Made by a program: the position numbers and the translations under genes. The notes under the pieces are model-generated. The model saw nothing but the letters and a program-made list of their open reading frames with translations, had not been told where the DNA came from and searched no databases. DNA of 63,141 nt, filler included, from Folioceros fuciformis (lineage: Eukaryota): assembly GCA_049999805.1 (NCBI GenBank). It is 5 parts of 5 records of this genome, joined end to end, with 100 filler letters (N's around TTAATTAATTAA, not from the genome) between each part and the next. Parts side by side here need not be neighbours in the genome. Positions count along the whole stretch, not along the records: positions 1 to 22,433 come from JBNGIO010005938.1; positions 22,534 to 45,187 come from JBNGIO010005939.1; 3 more parts are not named here. One strand, written 5' to 3'. Below, one piece after another: positions 12,201-26,636 of this stretch; the stretch's first letter is position 1, and each line of letters begins with the position of its first letter.

Positions 12201-13449
12201 GATCGTATACTCCACTAGTGGCCTGTCGAGTGGTATTTATGATTCTTGTGATGCTGGAGGCTGGTGCGCATTGTCATACGACACGTTACAGGTATTTGTG
12301 TTTCACGTTGAAGTCACTGTTGCTGGTTTGGTCTCATGCTAAAGTATTTGATAGTCTGGTACAACAAAATGCAAGTGACAGGTTTGAAAGTTTTTTGTTT
12401 GTTTGTCTTGCAGTTCCTGGACTTTTGGCTCTCATTCTTGGCAGTGGTCATCACATTTCTATTTATGGCCGCATATGTGGGCTCGTCAAAGGCAACAATG
12501 CACATCAGTGCCGCCATCTTTACTGCAACTATAGCACACGAGAATGCTACAAGGTGAGGATGATTCAATCCTTCTAGCTCAGGTAGATGCGATTGGGGTC
12601 GGTGGGTTTTGCTGGGTGAATGTACAGGAAAGAAATCCTTAGAGGAGAGGATTTTTTTTGATTCATTGTTACCAGGCTCCTAAAGTCTTTCCTTAAACTG
12701 CAGTGCAACAAACATAGTGGTTGTCATGTGTATTGGCGCGGCTGGGCTGCTGGTGGGGTTTGCACTGGAGTCCGGGAATCTTCCGCGGATAACCTCTATT
12801 CCCACCCAGTGGGGGTCCTTACAGATGGCAAGATGTTTCAGGTGCGCAAAAGATGAAGCCCTTGCAAACCATAAGTGGCCGTGATTTCCTGAGTTGCTTT
12901 CTCTCAGTACTGCCATTCCAACTTGGAGTGTCGATTCCTGCAGATGGCAAACCGTGGGATCTTGCTTGAAGGCATCCGGAGATATGCTACAAGAGAGGTT
13001 TCGATGGCAGTATATAGTGATCGGCGTTGTTGGTTTGGTTGTATCACTCATGAGTCTGATTTTTGAAAGTGGTCAGACACATTGGATTTGGCACAGGCAA
13101 GCGTGTTGTTCATTTGCAGATTTTGCGTGGAACAAATTGATTTATTTGAAGATGCATCTAGTGCAGAAATGGTTGCCTCTTTCATCTCTTGTGAGATTGG
13201 AACCTGACGCCTTCGCTCTGGTGCTGGTGCAGTTTGTGGCACGTAAGCATATATTCATCAGCTTTCTGTTTCCTTCGATCAAGGATTCATGGAAAAGGCG
13301 TAGAAGCTGAACTGGATGATACAAATTCTGTTATGGGCGGTGACCTTTCTAATCGTACTGCTGGTCGGAAGGGCCACCACAGGGAGAGACGTGGTGGCTC
13401 CGATGAAGAGCTTGTGGAGCTGACTCACAGTGTGGATGTGAACGACTGA
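9283..13449 (+). CDS. TMEM8/PGAP6/Myomaker-like (DUF3522, CREST superfamily) EGF-containing membrane protein, multi-exon
   Basis: Signal peptide; PYDWTYFR; EGF-like CVGKCSRHGVC..CYCDRAHGGLDCS; LIASNIAALLP; SGLSSGIYDSCD..WC..LQFLDFWLSFLAVV; WIWHSLWHVSIY. One GC-AG intron (13097-13232) restores H-S-L-W-H. TGA at 13447-13449. Confidence 0.88.
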
Positions 13450-13867
13450 AACCGACCCCAAGAGTCTGAGCTTTCAACTCGGGAGGGCATGTCCATCCTC
13501 ATTGTCTTCTAATTACAATAAAGGCATCGATATATTACAAAAGCGGAGAGCGGAACTAAACCCAAGTCTGCTCCAAGGCCCCCCCTCCCCCTATCCCCAC
13601 AAAGCCTGCCTTTGCTCTAGCCATTACATATCCTGCCCCGCAACAGCCACTCTCTATGGACTGGCGCATGAATCATGCAGGGCAGTCACAGGGGAAAGGG
13701 CCAACCAGCCAACAGCCTCCTTACTTGTGTCAATTTTAAAAAGTGCAAATAGAACAGTTTGAAGATCTTAAAAACCCTAAAACCTTGAGTGGAGCAAGTC
13801 AATTCTACGAATGGGTGGGTGGGAGAGTAAATAAATAAACAAATAAATAAAATACAAATAATCATAA

Positions 13868-15682
13868 TCACGTATGCTTTTCCAGGAAATTGATTGTAGG
13901 AACATAGGAAGCAAATTGCTTTGCCACCGACACGTCTTTCAGCTGTTTGGGGCCACATGCTTGCGACGGCTGCTGATCTGTGACGGTTTCTGCTGTTTCT
14001 GGGGGTTTGTAACCCCAAGGGTTTAGGCTGGCCCAATTCCACTGATCACGGCACATATCTTCGATACCATATCGTGCCCTGGATCACAGACATTGATCCA
14101 GGGTTAGTCAGGTACTCTCCAATTCTCCACTATTCCAAACAGCACTTGTAGACAACTTACTTCCACCCAAGCTCCCTTTCTGCCTTCCCTGTGGCCGCAA
14201 ATACCTCAGCAACATCCCCTGGTCGCCGATCGGTTATCTTGATGGGAATTACCTGTGCAACAGCGAATGACATTTCATTAAAAAAATGGCAATGGCAGGC
14301 TCACAAAAGTATGTATGGCATAAAAGATTGATCAACAGTCCACCCAACTGGATACGTACAACGCCAGACGCTTTCTCGAACGCTGACACCATTTCCAAGA
14401 CAGAAGTGCCACGCCCAGTTCCCAGATTGTAAACAGTACAACCTGTGGTTTTGTTTTACACAGCAAAACGAGTTTATACCAGCAAGAGCCGTCCTACCCA
14501 CCATTCGCAAATTTCTGAACTGAAAAGCCAGGGCCTTACCACCCTGAGGGCTGGAGAAGAGTTTCCGCAAAGCTACAGTGTGACCAGTGGCCAGATCCAT
14601 CACATGAATGTAGTCTCGAACCTAAGTTTCATGAGGAGCAGCCAGTGTTTAGTATCTCCAGCGACCGTAGCGGCCCTGAAGCACACAAGATTCAACACTT
14701 ACTTACCCCTGTCCCATCTCTCGTGGAGTAGTCATTCCCGAAAACGAGTAATTCCGGTCTCCTTCCAACGGCCACTTGTTGAACGAAGGGCATCAAGTTA
14801 TTGGGCATGCCTCGGGGGTCTTCACCAATGAGACCACTAGGGTGAGCTCCCACTGGGTTGAAATACCGAAGCAAGATGACGGTCCAGTCTGGATCAGCGG
14901 TCTGGACATCTCGTGCCATTTGTTCGATCCAAAGCTGAGACATAACAGAAGAGCAAGAATGAGTGGCCTGCAAGAACCGACTCCGCATGGAATTCGACCT
15001 GCGCCATTGCAATCTCGACAACCTTGGTTCTACCGTAGGGACTTGTAGTCTGTAGCGGGAAATCTTCTGTACAGGGCACTGCCTTCGGCTCCCCATACAC
15101 AGTCGCGGACGACGAGAACAACAGCTGGCGAAACAGTAGCCGTGAGTGCACCAATCAACGGCCAGCTTGAGCAGCAGAGCCAACAATTGTCCAGCAACCA
15201 CTATCCGAACCTTTTTGCACCCGCACACGGACATAAGATCAAGTAGATTATGCGTGCCAATGAGATTGTTGCCGTAGTACTTCAATGGCTCTAACACACT
15301 CTCCCCGATCGCCTTCAGGCCCGCGAAGTGTATGACAGCATCGAAGGGCTCCGCAAGTCGGAACACCCTCTCCAATGCCGCTTTGTCGCATACATCCACC
15401 TGCATGCCCCCGCGGAAACGGTGATCAAGAAAGGGCGGAAGGGGCGCAAGCCGCGCTGACACGAAAATCGCAGTTCATCTCACTTGGNNNNNNNNNNNNN
15501 NNNNNNNNNNNNNNNNNNNNNNNNNNNNNNNNNNNNNNNNNNNNNNNNNNNNNNNNNNNNNNNNNNNNNNNNNNNNNNNNNNNNNNNGTGTGGCTTCCAA
15601 TATACCCAGCCCCGCCCGTCACAAGAACACGCCGATGCACAGCGAAATTCGGCAGAGTCTCCAGCACCCCAGAAACAGTCAT
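13868..15682 (-). CDS. UGE: UDP-glucose 4-epimerase (GalE family), multi-exon, with a 100-N gap inside
   Basis: [101 protein letters not shown]. Confidence 0.95.
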
Positions 15683-17670
15683 CCTTCCTGTGGGTCCAAA
15701 CAACCCACGGCGCCCTCTCGCCTCCTCCTCCTGATTCCTACTCTTCCCAGCAACACGGTGGAAGAAACAATTTATATCCGAAGCTGCTTCTTCCTAACAC
15801 CGAATCTAGAAGAAGAAGAAGCCCACTACCCCCCAAGAAGGAAACATTTCTTCCCTTCCCTTCAAGTTGACAGAGAAGAAGAAACCAACAATCACTCAAA
15901 AAGCAGACAATCCCTCCCTTTCCCTCCTGTCACCGAAATCCCTGACAGCAAAAGCATTCTCCTCCGGGTCACGCCTAGGGCTGATAACAGCAAGTCCACT
16001 CCGCCTCCTGAGACATAAATGCCGTAGCAGAATTCCGGGAGATGGCTTCCTCCACCACCTTCCCAGCTGGGTGACCCGGCGCAGAAGAAGGACCACGGGA
16101 CGCACATGCCAGACTGCTCCCGCCGGGAGAGCTGGACTGGAGAGACGGAAGACCCGGGAGCGGCAACGAGAGCACAGGAGAGGGAGGGGCGAGACCAAGA
16201 GCGAGAGCGCGCACAGTGGCAGCAGCAAGCAGGAGGAGCGTCTCGGGAGACGAGCAAGTGACGATGGGACATCATTCCTGCCTGCAGATCAAACCTTCCT
16301 TTCAGGAGACGTGGGCGTTGCTTCCATGCCAAGACGGAGGTTCGGTCGGTCGGTCTGAGGTCAGCTCGTGGTTCTCGGCCACCGCAAGCCCTCTCTGTTT
16401 CCTCCTTTCTTCCCCACTCGACTCCGGCCNNNNNNNNNNNNNNNNNNNNNNNNNNNNNNNNNNNNNNNNNNNNNNNNNNNNNNNNNNNNNNNNNNNNNNN
16501 NNNNNNNNNNNNNNNNNNNNNNNNNNNNNCTCGGATAGCTACCCGCTGTCTTACCCGCCACGTCCTTCTGACGTGGACGTGGCTTGTTCCACACTGAACA
16601 AATACGTTTCCATGCACGGGTACTACGTCCCTATCCCAATGGCTTCATGGTTGTCCCATCTCTCGCACAACCAGGGGTACTGTAACTGAATTCTGTGGTC
16701 CTATTGGCCAAGTTTGCATACACACACTCCGAAGAACATCTTTGTCTGTGCCGGATCTTACCCTTCTTCTCGAAGTAGGCGTTGTAGCTAGGGACTTCCA
16801 AGTCCAGGCTCCTGCCCTGCCGTGTCCGGAAACCCCACGACACGTTTCATACCACTTTGCTGGGTCGCATTTCAGTGAAACAGCTCTTCTGCTTCCCGAC
16901 CCGACCAAAGGGTGGGTAGAGAGGTGCAGCTCAGCGGGTGAGAACTGAAAGAAATGACCAGTCCTCGACACTCTGGGCTATGCATACTCTTGGGTTTGAA
17001 TGAACACACAACATATATAGTACGCACCAGCTCGGTCGATTTCTAGCAGAAGGGGACGCCCATTTGGTATGTGGATGGGCATGTGCACGTTGTTCATCCA
17101 GCGAACCGCTGGAGATCCTCCAGGCTCTCAAGCTTGGAGGATATGAAATGGACACAACTGGAGACCATTGAGTCAACCATGTCAGCGGGGCCTGCCGACG
17201 CAGGCTGTGGGAGGTGTGGGTGCACACGGACAATCGTGCGTCGCGGTCTCTCTTCTGTTCCGTACTGAGACAAACCACCGTTCAGCGTCACACAGCCCGT
17301 GCTCCTCTCAGCCTACTAACAGCATGTCCAGTACGCAGTCACGTGGGTCCAGCGGACACGGAGGCTATGACGAGACACGCTGAAATCGCTCCCAGGGTGG
17401 AGCACTCCAGTCTCCACTTGCATGGTAGACGTTTGTGGGAGTCCCTGGCTTCGTCAAGGACGGTGCCTGCACTGCCTGTTTGGCCCACATCATCCGGGTG
17501 GCGGTCCAAACCCAGGGCGACGTCATGAAGAGATGGAAGCCAGACAGCAAGGATGCCACAGCGTGCCCAGATGTGGGAGGAGGCACTTTACACGCAGGTG
17601 AGAAGAAAGTCGTCGGGACATCGGAGCAGGCAGGGAGGCAGGATAGAGCTGATGGACTGACATGCACGGT

Positions 17671-17708
17671 CTGGTGCTGGTGCTGGTGCTGGTGCAGGTG
17701 CAGGTGCA
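17671..17708. repeat. (TGGTGC/AGGTGC)n hexamer microsatellite
   Basis: ctggtgctggtgctggtgctggtgcaggtgcaggtgca, read directly. Confidence 0.85.
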
Positions 17709-18640
17709 TGAAACATGGCGAGAGTGAAGAGTACTGTGAGGCTGAAAGCGGTTATGCCCACACCAGGAGAAACGAGGTTCTGAACCTCTGTACACTCCGT
17801 CTTCCTTCTCACCCACCTGTGTCTCGTGGCATGCCAAGGTAAGCTACGAATGCTGTGTGCCGGCTGGCTGTCCCAGATAAAGACCAGTCTCCCGCATCTG
17901 GAACGCCGCGCCAACATTTGGTTTGTACCTCACTCACTCACACCCCAGAATGACCGCGCTCTTCACACGTTTTCTCAGCCTCGCATGTGTGTCCGCATCC
18001 CAGGACGGTGCTGGAGTGAAGGGAGTGTACCCTAGCCCCCACGAGACACCCCTTGCCGCAGACTCTCTCCTCTCTCCCGCCATGGCTCGGCTCATTCCAC
18101 GGTCCCTTGGAGAGGTTGTGATCACCTGAAGTTGCTAAGTACAAGTACCATGCCGGAAAACTATGTTGACTGGTTCTTGAGGAGATGGGTCGGAGCTACT
18201 TATAGAGTGCTCACTTTTAAGTAACCGAGAATAGAACTGCTTAAGGGCTTTTATCATTTTAATTTATTTATTTATTTATTAAACAATAAAAATTCTTAAA
18301 TAGCGGAAATTCCAGTGGGACACCTCCTTGAATGGGACCTTTGATGGAACTCCCTATAGGTCCCATTTAGGGAGGGTCGACTGTAGTTGGAAAGACTATG
18401 ACCTACCCAAAGAACAGGTTCGTACAGACAGACAGGTAGAGTCACAGACGTATGACATTCACAGACCTTCATTACATGCGACCTGCAAATGTACTTCCCC
18501 ATCGTCCAAACTGAACCTAACAAGGGCCGGACTCGGATACCACAACCATACGAAAATGATAGCTGAAGCGAAGGGAGCCGGCAGAACCGCATATTTTTCG
18601 TGTCAGGTCAGTGAAATAGAGAGGGGAACAAACAATTGGG

Positions 18641-20551
18641 TCACAGACCCAATGGGATACTCTTGGCTAACACGTCCGCGTCAACAAGGGAAGCCTTCAT
18701 TTCTGTTTCCACCCTCTTGCGCAAGCTCTGATGCAGCAGGCGTTCGATGACCTCTGCTCCGAACGAGAAGATGAGAGCGCTTCTGGCTGTCAGGCCATCG
18801 ATCCCCCTAGCCTGGAAGTAGAAGAGCTGTTCCGCCTCGAAGTCGCTGATAGCCGCTCCATGGGAACATTTCACATCGTCGGCAATGATCTGAAGGTTGG
18901 GTTTCACGTTCACGGTGGCCCTCGGGGCCAGCAGCAGACAGCGGCTCAGCTGTCCAGCGTCAGTCTGCTGAGCATACCTGCCGAAGAAAAAAAGACAGCA
19001 GAGCAGAGCAAGAGGCAAGCGTCAAGGGATGCATGTGAGGATGAATGAAGGAGTGGAGAAAATGAAAAATGACAGCGTAAGACCCGAGGTGTCCGTACCT
19101 ATTCACTCTAATGTTGCCGTCAAAAACGCCATGACCTGAGGATTGAGAGACAATGCATTTGTGCAGCTGCCTGCTGAATCCTCCTGGATGGCTCAACACC
19201 AGCTTGCTGTGCAGGTCGTGCAGCTGGTCCTTTCCAGCCAACAGGAATGACGACATCTCGGTCATGGTGTCTGGTCCCAGTTGCTGGATTTGCAGGTTGT
19301 GCCTGCTGAGACGGCCGCCGAGCCCTACTTCCACATGCTTGTAGCAGCTATTCTCGGCCTGAGCGGAAGAAAGACGATGCAGTCCAAGTCCCTCGTCCTG
19401 TCAGAAAGGGCCAGGGCAAGCATTGCCATCCCATATCTCATGTCATGACCGAACACCTTACCTGCGTGACAGAAGTTTGCTTCACATGCACGGCGCCCTT
19501 CTGCTGAGTCTGGACATAGCGGTGAACGAGATTGCCGCCTTGCTCGACATGGATGTCACACACTGCATTGGTCCAGTAAGGGGTCCCCTGCAGTCCGACG
19601 AACTCCTCTACGAGCTCCACCTCCGCACCCTTCCCCACGGCCACCAGTAAGCGGGGGCAGGAAAGGGAAAAGGAAGGCCCGGCGTCTTCACCTCCATCCA
19701 CGGCCCCGGCCCCGGTGGAAATGTAAAGCACATGGAGCACATCGAAAAGCTTCATCTCTGGAGGGACCACGATGAGAAACACGTCCTTGGCTCCCAAACC
19801 GTTCAAAGAGGCAAACACATCCTCATCCCCGGATCCTGATCCCAGCTTGGGAAGCACCAACTGTTCCACCAGCTCCGTCGGAGCAGCCGAAACGCTCCCG
19901 ACGTAAACCTCGTCCGGCACGTCCTCCAGATTGGACAGTCGCTGGGAGAAGACTCCATCAACGAACACCAGCCTGGACTTCGATGCCTCGGGGATGGCGA
20001 AAGAGGCTAGGTCCAACTCCGCTCCTACCTCTCCATCCGCATTCGTCCCCTGGATAGGCCGGAGCAGAGCGTTCTTGAGGAACCTGAGGTCCGTGAACCT
20101 GTATGCCTCGTCCTTGCTGGTCGGCCATCGCTTAGCCAGCACAAGCTCCGAGGACCTCTCCCGGAGCCTGTCGAGCGCCACGCTGTGAGAGCCCCCGTGA
20201 GCAACGGACTCCTCCAGCCTCTCCGCCAAGTCCAGCAGAAACAGGTCAGGGCCAACAGGCGGCAACGACTCTGCTTGATCTCGCAGTGGCGCGTCCTGCA
20301 GAGCTGCTGCCGCCAGGGCTTGCTGACTCCCCCTCCTCCATGCCCTGAAGCCAAGTGCAACAGGCACCGCGTCATGCCAAAGCTCATCGAAGGGACGATG
20401 GGGTTGCACCAATTCCCCATACTCACGGCGGGCAGAAGGAGACCGACGCCTGTTGCGAGCTCAGCCTCCCGCCATGAATCCAGAATGCAAGCTTCCTAGG
20501 TCGCTGAAGCACTGACGGTCCGGCTGCGCATTCCAGCCGCGCGCAGGCCAT
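18641..20551 (-). CDS. SUFD: Plastid Fe-S cluster assembly protein SufD (ABCI7/NAP6)
   Basis: Exon 1 from ATG 20551 (MACARLECAAGPSVLQRPRK.., transit-like) to a gtgagt donor at 20426, then DLFLLDLAERLEES, WPTSKDEAYRFTD, GGRLSRHNL, QLHKCIV..GHGVFDGNIRVNRYAQQTDAGQL, KPNLQIIADDVKCSHGAAISD, FYFQARGID. Confidence 0.93.
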
Positions 20552-20619
20552 GCCTGCCGCCGATACCGATGGCGGCTCACCACTACTCCCGGTTGGCAAA
20601 GATGGAATTTACGAACTAT

Positions 20620-23330
20620 ACTTTGCATCCTAACGAGAAGGAGAAAGAAAAGAAAAGAAAAGGAAAGAAAAGAAAATTGATGAATGGTATATTGACCGAA
20701 TGGAAATGCGAAGTACCGTTATCGCACCTCTCTCGTGCTGAGTGAGCGCTGTAACATATGCGCTTTCAATCAATTTCATTTATCTCTAAGTAGTATAACA
20801 TTTCATTTATCTCTAATTATCATAATATTATAGCATATATATGTTTGAACAAAGTTAAATTATTTTTATTATTGAAAAAAAGATAAAAAGCCGTCTACTC
20901 TAAGATAAGGAGGAATAACTCATCTACTCCAAAGATAAGGAGGACCAACCCAAGTAGGGCGCGAAAAACTGTACTAGCCTCCCAAAATATCATGATGCGA
21001 AATAGCAAAAAGGCTATCTACCACCAGCGAAGTAGAAAATTGAACTAGAGAGACAAATTATTGATTTGCACACAAGGAAAGACTAAAAGAGAAGGAAAGC
21101 AAATGCTTGTAAAGAAGCCAACTAAGACGGTTAACAATCAAGGATTTTAGAGAGGCCAAGGAGAGTGAGCTTAAGGATATGGAAGGAGAAAAAATGTAGT
21201 GGAGAGAAATTCGGCACACTTAAAGAGAAGAGTGTAAGAGATATATATGTGGGCATAAACATGGCAAAAGAAAAGGAACTAGAATTCAAGTTCAGCATAA
21301 GGAAACAAAACTTGCATAGATGAGTCTCATGCTTATCTCCAAAGGAGAGGCGAGGCAAAGCGGTCGATCAGTCTCGATATGCAAATGATGGAAGCTAAAA
21401 CGAAATTAACCAATAAGAGTGTAGAGCTTGAAAGAGAGAGAGGAACTGAGCTAACGAGCTATATCCTTATTGTAAAAGTGTAAATGGAAATTTTCCTTCA
21501 TACAGCAACTTTGACTCCCTCTCCCAACCGTGCTAGTGATAACCATCCCCACAATATTCACCAGCACATAGAAGACTCCGATCTAATGGTGTCTCTCTAG
21601 GACACGATTCCCAACCAGACCTCCCATGTTACAAAGCGATCACCTAATGGTCTTGAGTAGCTATCCCCGCCAAGTCTGCATTGCCCTTCTATGCATTGGA
21701 GAAAGAGTATAGATACACTTCTCCTTTCTTGTTCTTATTAGACATCTCAATCGAGATTGCCTAGCTCCTTCTTCACATGTCATCACATACACTACGAACA
21801 CAACCAATACTACTTGTCCTCAACAGCAAACACTCGATTAGTAGCCCTGCCAATCCCTTGAGCTCCTTCCAATGCTGCTTTTGCCCAACCAACTAAAGCA
21901 AAAGTCGCTTCTAGCAACACTAACACATTGCATACTTCAACCGAGCAACAGCTACGAGCATGAGACTGCGATGTGCATTTATCAAACTAAGTTACCGCGT
22001 GTCGTAACAAAGCTTATTATAGTCACCAAGTAATCATCTGTGTTCCTCTAATAAACTTGAGTGTGTGCTATAACCTTGCTTGTTAAACCTTTCTTCAGTC
22101 GAGAGGCTCTCAAAAGCTTTTATGGAAGAAATGTGCAGTCATAAAAGTCAAGTAGCCAAGTCTTGGCCGCACTAATAGTTTCCTTACAAAAGTGTACTTG
22201 CAAGTGTCACATATTATCCTAACCATCATACATGCCCTCTAAACGGTATGGGCTCATCGACTCTATCGGTTAGCAGGTTATGAGAACTAAAGTCAAACAT
22301 TGAAACCCTGATTTGTTTATACCATGATATTGCCAAATTAGTACTTATTAGTCATGATGCTGCCAGATTAGTGTTGTTTAGTCGTGATGGAATCAACTCA
22401 TCGGAGTTAAGCTTGCAAGCAAATGATGTGTATNNNNNNNNNNNNNNNNNNNNNNNNNNNNNNNNNNNNNNNNNNNNTTAATTAATTAANNNNNNNNNNN
22501 NNNNNNNNNNNNNNNNNNNNNNNNNNNNNNNNNGTTCCTCCATGCCTTTCTAGGACAAACTGTCTTACTCCTTCGGTGGAACAAAATAAGGTACAATGAG
22601 ATAGCTGTGGCTACTAAGGGGCAGGGTTTGGGGGTCCTAAGGTTCTCCCACCACATTGAGTTCTTTGTCATGGTTTGTATAAGTTGAATACTTAGGATAT
22701 AAACTTTCTAAGATGGCTATTCAACATGTTGGTCTCTTCATTTAAAAATTCTTTGCCTTGGCTTTGGACTTTGAAAACCCTATTTGTGTTAGTCTTCTTT
22801 CTTCTATTCTTTCACCTTCTTGATATAAGCAACCCTATTTCTTCACCTTCTCGATAAACATAATCCTCATAATCCTAGTCCTTTGCTTGACAACCTCTTT
22901 AACCTTTTTGAATTTGGAAACCTTTTTCTTCATCCTCTTTTCTTTGTGACTTCACCTTCTTGATGTTGACAACCCCATCCCTCCGCATTACTACCTTCTT
23001 GTCCTTTAGAGTCTTGCACTTTTATTACTAACATGAGCCCTCACCACCCCACGGTCCCTACCTTCCTTGTCCTTTGGAGTCCTGTTGTTTTATTTCCTCA
23101 ATATATTTCTCTTATTTTTATATGGATAATCTCTTTGGCCTTTGTGGTGGGATTTATAGGTGTGATGTATTATTTTTTAATTTTTTATTCTATAATTTTA
23201 TTTCCTCCTGATAACCTTGGTCTTTGTTAGCTTCATGGGTTTAGGGTTTAGATAGACACAATTGGATTCTTGGCATCTTTGCCTTCTTTATTATATTAAA
23301 TATATTTTAAAATCAATTATAGATATATAT
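20620..23330. mobile_element. AT-rich degenerate repeat/transposon remnants spanning a contig join
   Basis: Low GC, short tandem duplications (tctactc(t/ca)aagataaggagga x2 near 20894-20945) and no credible ORFs. The family cannot be identified by eye. Confidence 0.35.
22478..22489. other. Artificial scaffolding linker TTAATTAATTAA inside an N-run (also at 45232-45243, 55918-55929, 61121-61132)
   Basis: Identical 12-mer with stop codons in all six frames, flanked by about 44 N on each side (about 100 bp total), occurring four times. Confidence 0.92.
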
Positions 23331-23498
23331 AATGATCCCCATACTTAGCACAAACAATAAAAGAAGGTTTATCCAAAACAAGGTGAAGTCCTACCAGTCC
23401 CTCTGGATTTGCGAGGACATGCGGAAAAGAACTTTCAACCTGTAATTAGGTATAGGCTGGCTTCCTGAATCCAGCCGGCCACGTACCACAACAATGTA

Positions 23499-24890
<1,392 letters not shown>

Positions 24891-26636
24891 GACACGTATC
24901 TTCGGTCGCCTAGTCCCTTTTGCGGACTCCCAACGTGCCCAACCGATACTTCAAGACTGCTGGCACTTCCAAGCGCTCCTCCTGTAACAGCTCGGAGGAT
25001 ACATCAAACTCCTAGTCCCTCCTGGCCTCCAAACTGCTATTCCAAACGAAGGCAGAGGAGATTGACATACAGACGTGGATGCAACGTCTGCGGTTGAAGT
25101 TTGTTTTATATGCCTGGTTGGAAGGCCAGGCCAGGCCAGTCAAGGCGAGGGGCCGGCCCTGGATGCCAGACGGCCTCGCAAGCTGAATTCAGGAATCGGT
25201 GCTCACCGACATCGACGGCGTTTGGGGTAGATCTAGGCGCCTTCAAGCATCCGTCTCGTTCGCTCTCCGAAGAAGCAACAAAAAGCGAGAAGCGACAGGC
25301 GGAAGCCGGAACACTCATCAGGTGCCTGCAGGCATTCCAAGCCTGCAGCGGCCTGCATTGGGCGGCCACTTGTTCTCTGGACAGCTAACCACCTCGGTCG
25401 GCCCGTAAGACCGCATTTGACTCTACAGTGCCCATATGGATGGTAGAATTGTAGATGCCCCCCCTTCCTCTCATTGCGCCTTGGGTGACCAACGATATGG
25501 ATGGCCATGCGCCATGCTGATTGATGCCCATAGCCCATTGGCCCGCCACAAGTTGCTGCATATAAATAGAACATGCACACGCCTCCAAACCGGTGCATTG
25601 AGATCCACTGCTACTGCCACTGCCTTCGCACACCGTGCTTTGGGACGCAAAGTGCGATGCAAAAGCGTGTACCTAGACAAAAGTACAACCTGGAAAGACA
25701 AGCCAAGGAAAGCTCCACCCATGTCATGAATCACATATGTATCATAACGCATAAATTATAGACGATAGCAGTGTTCGTTAATTATGGATGTGCAGTGTAT
25801 ACCCGTGTGATTGGAATTATGTGTGGATTGTGGCCGCGCGTCTGTGGCGCGTGATTCCTGACTGTGTCAACTCTTTACGTGGGGAGGAGGATTTCCTGTC
25901 CTGACGACAAGGTTTGAGTGGGACCGTACGGTACACTCTGGGGAGAGCTGCAATTCCGAGAAACGCACTCGGTGCCCTTTACACGCGATGGCCCATATCC
26001 CTTCGCAATGCACACCGTACTGTGGTTGGAATCTGTGCCAGATGGATCACAACATTTTCAAAGGCTAGGCAGTGGCAGCCCGGAATTCTGCTGCACGCAC
26101 CAGTGCCCGAGGTCACAAGAGATCACACCGGATTCAAGGATGTGGACGCTGGCTGTCCCACGGATGCCGCCGCGATAACTGCCTTCAGAATGTCCTCGGT
26201 TTTAGCGTCTCTCTTCTTTGAGGAGGCCGCCGAAGCTCCACCGGTGGATGTGGGCTACAACGCGTACCACGTACACGTACGCAACAACCTGCCCTGTTGC
26301 AGAGAGCATTCAGAGCGCGGCCTTGGGAACCTACGAGACGGATTGACCACAGCACAGCCTCTGGGTTTGTGATCCGTTTTCATCGTCGCTTTGTTCATGT
26401 GTGGATGTACATGGACAAAGGAGTCATGACCCATCGACGAACCAGTAGTCATGATCCATGAACGAGGCATTCATGACCCATCATCAACGAAGCAGTGATG
26501 AATCATGGACGAAGCAGCCATGACGGGACAATGAATCCTTCGTGTATCGTCTCCAGGTATCGGAGACTCGAGCCAGCGAATGGCAGTGTGGAGCGGGAAA
26601 ATTTGAGTCTCGCAAGGGGTCATCGGAGGACTCGTT

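Noticed and set aside
19438-20426. Apparent missing start or frameshift at the SufD 5' end
   Set aside because: Explained by a short first exon (20551-20427) and an intron with a gtgagt donor.
25101-26630. Several 80-150-aa ORFs between the peroxidase and PPR genes
   Set aside because: No domain signatures or consistent exon chain; likely promoter/UTR sequence.
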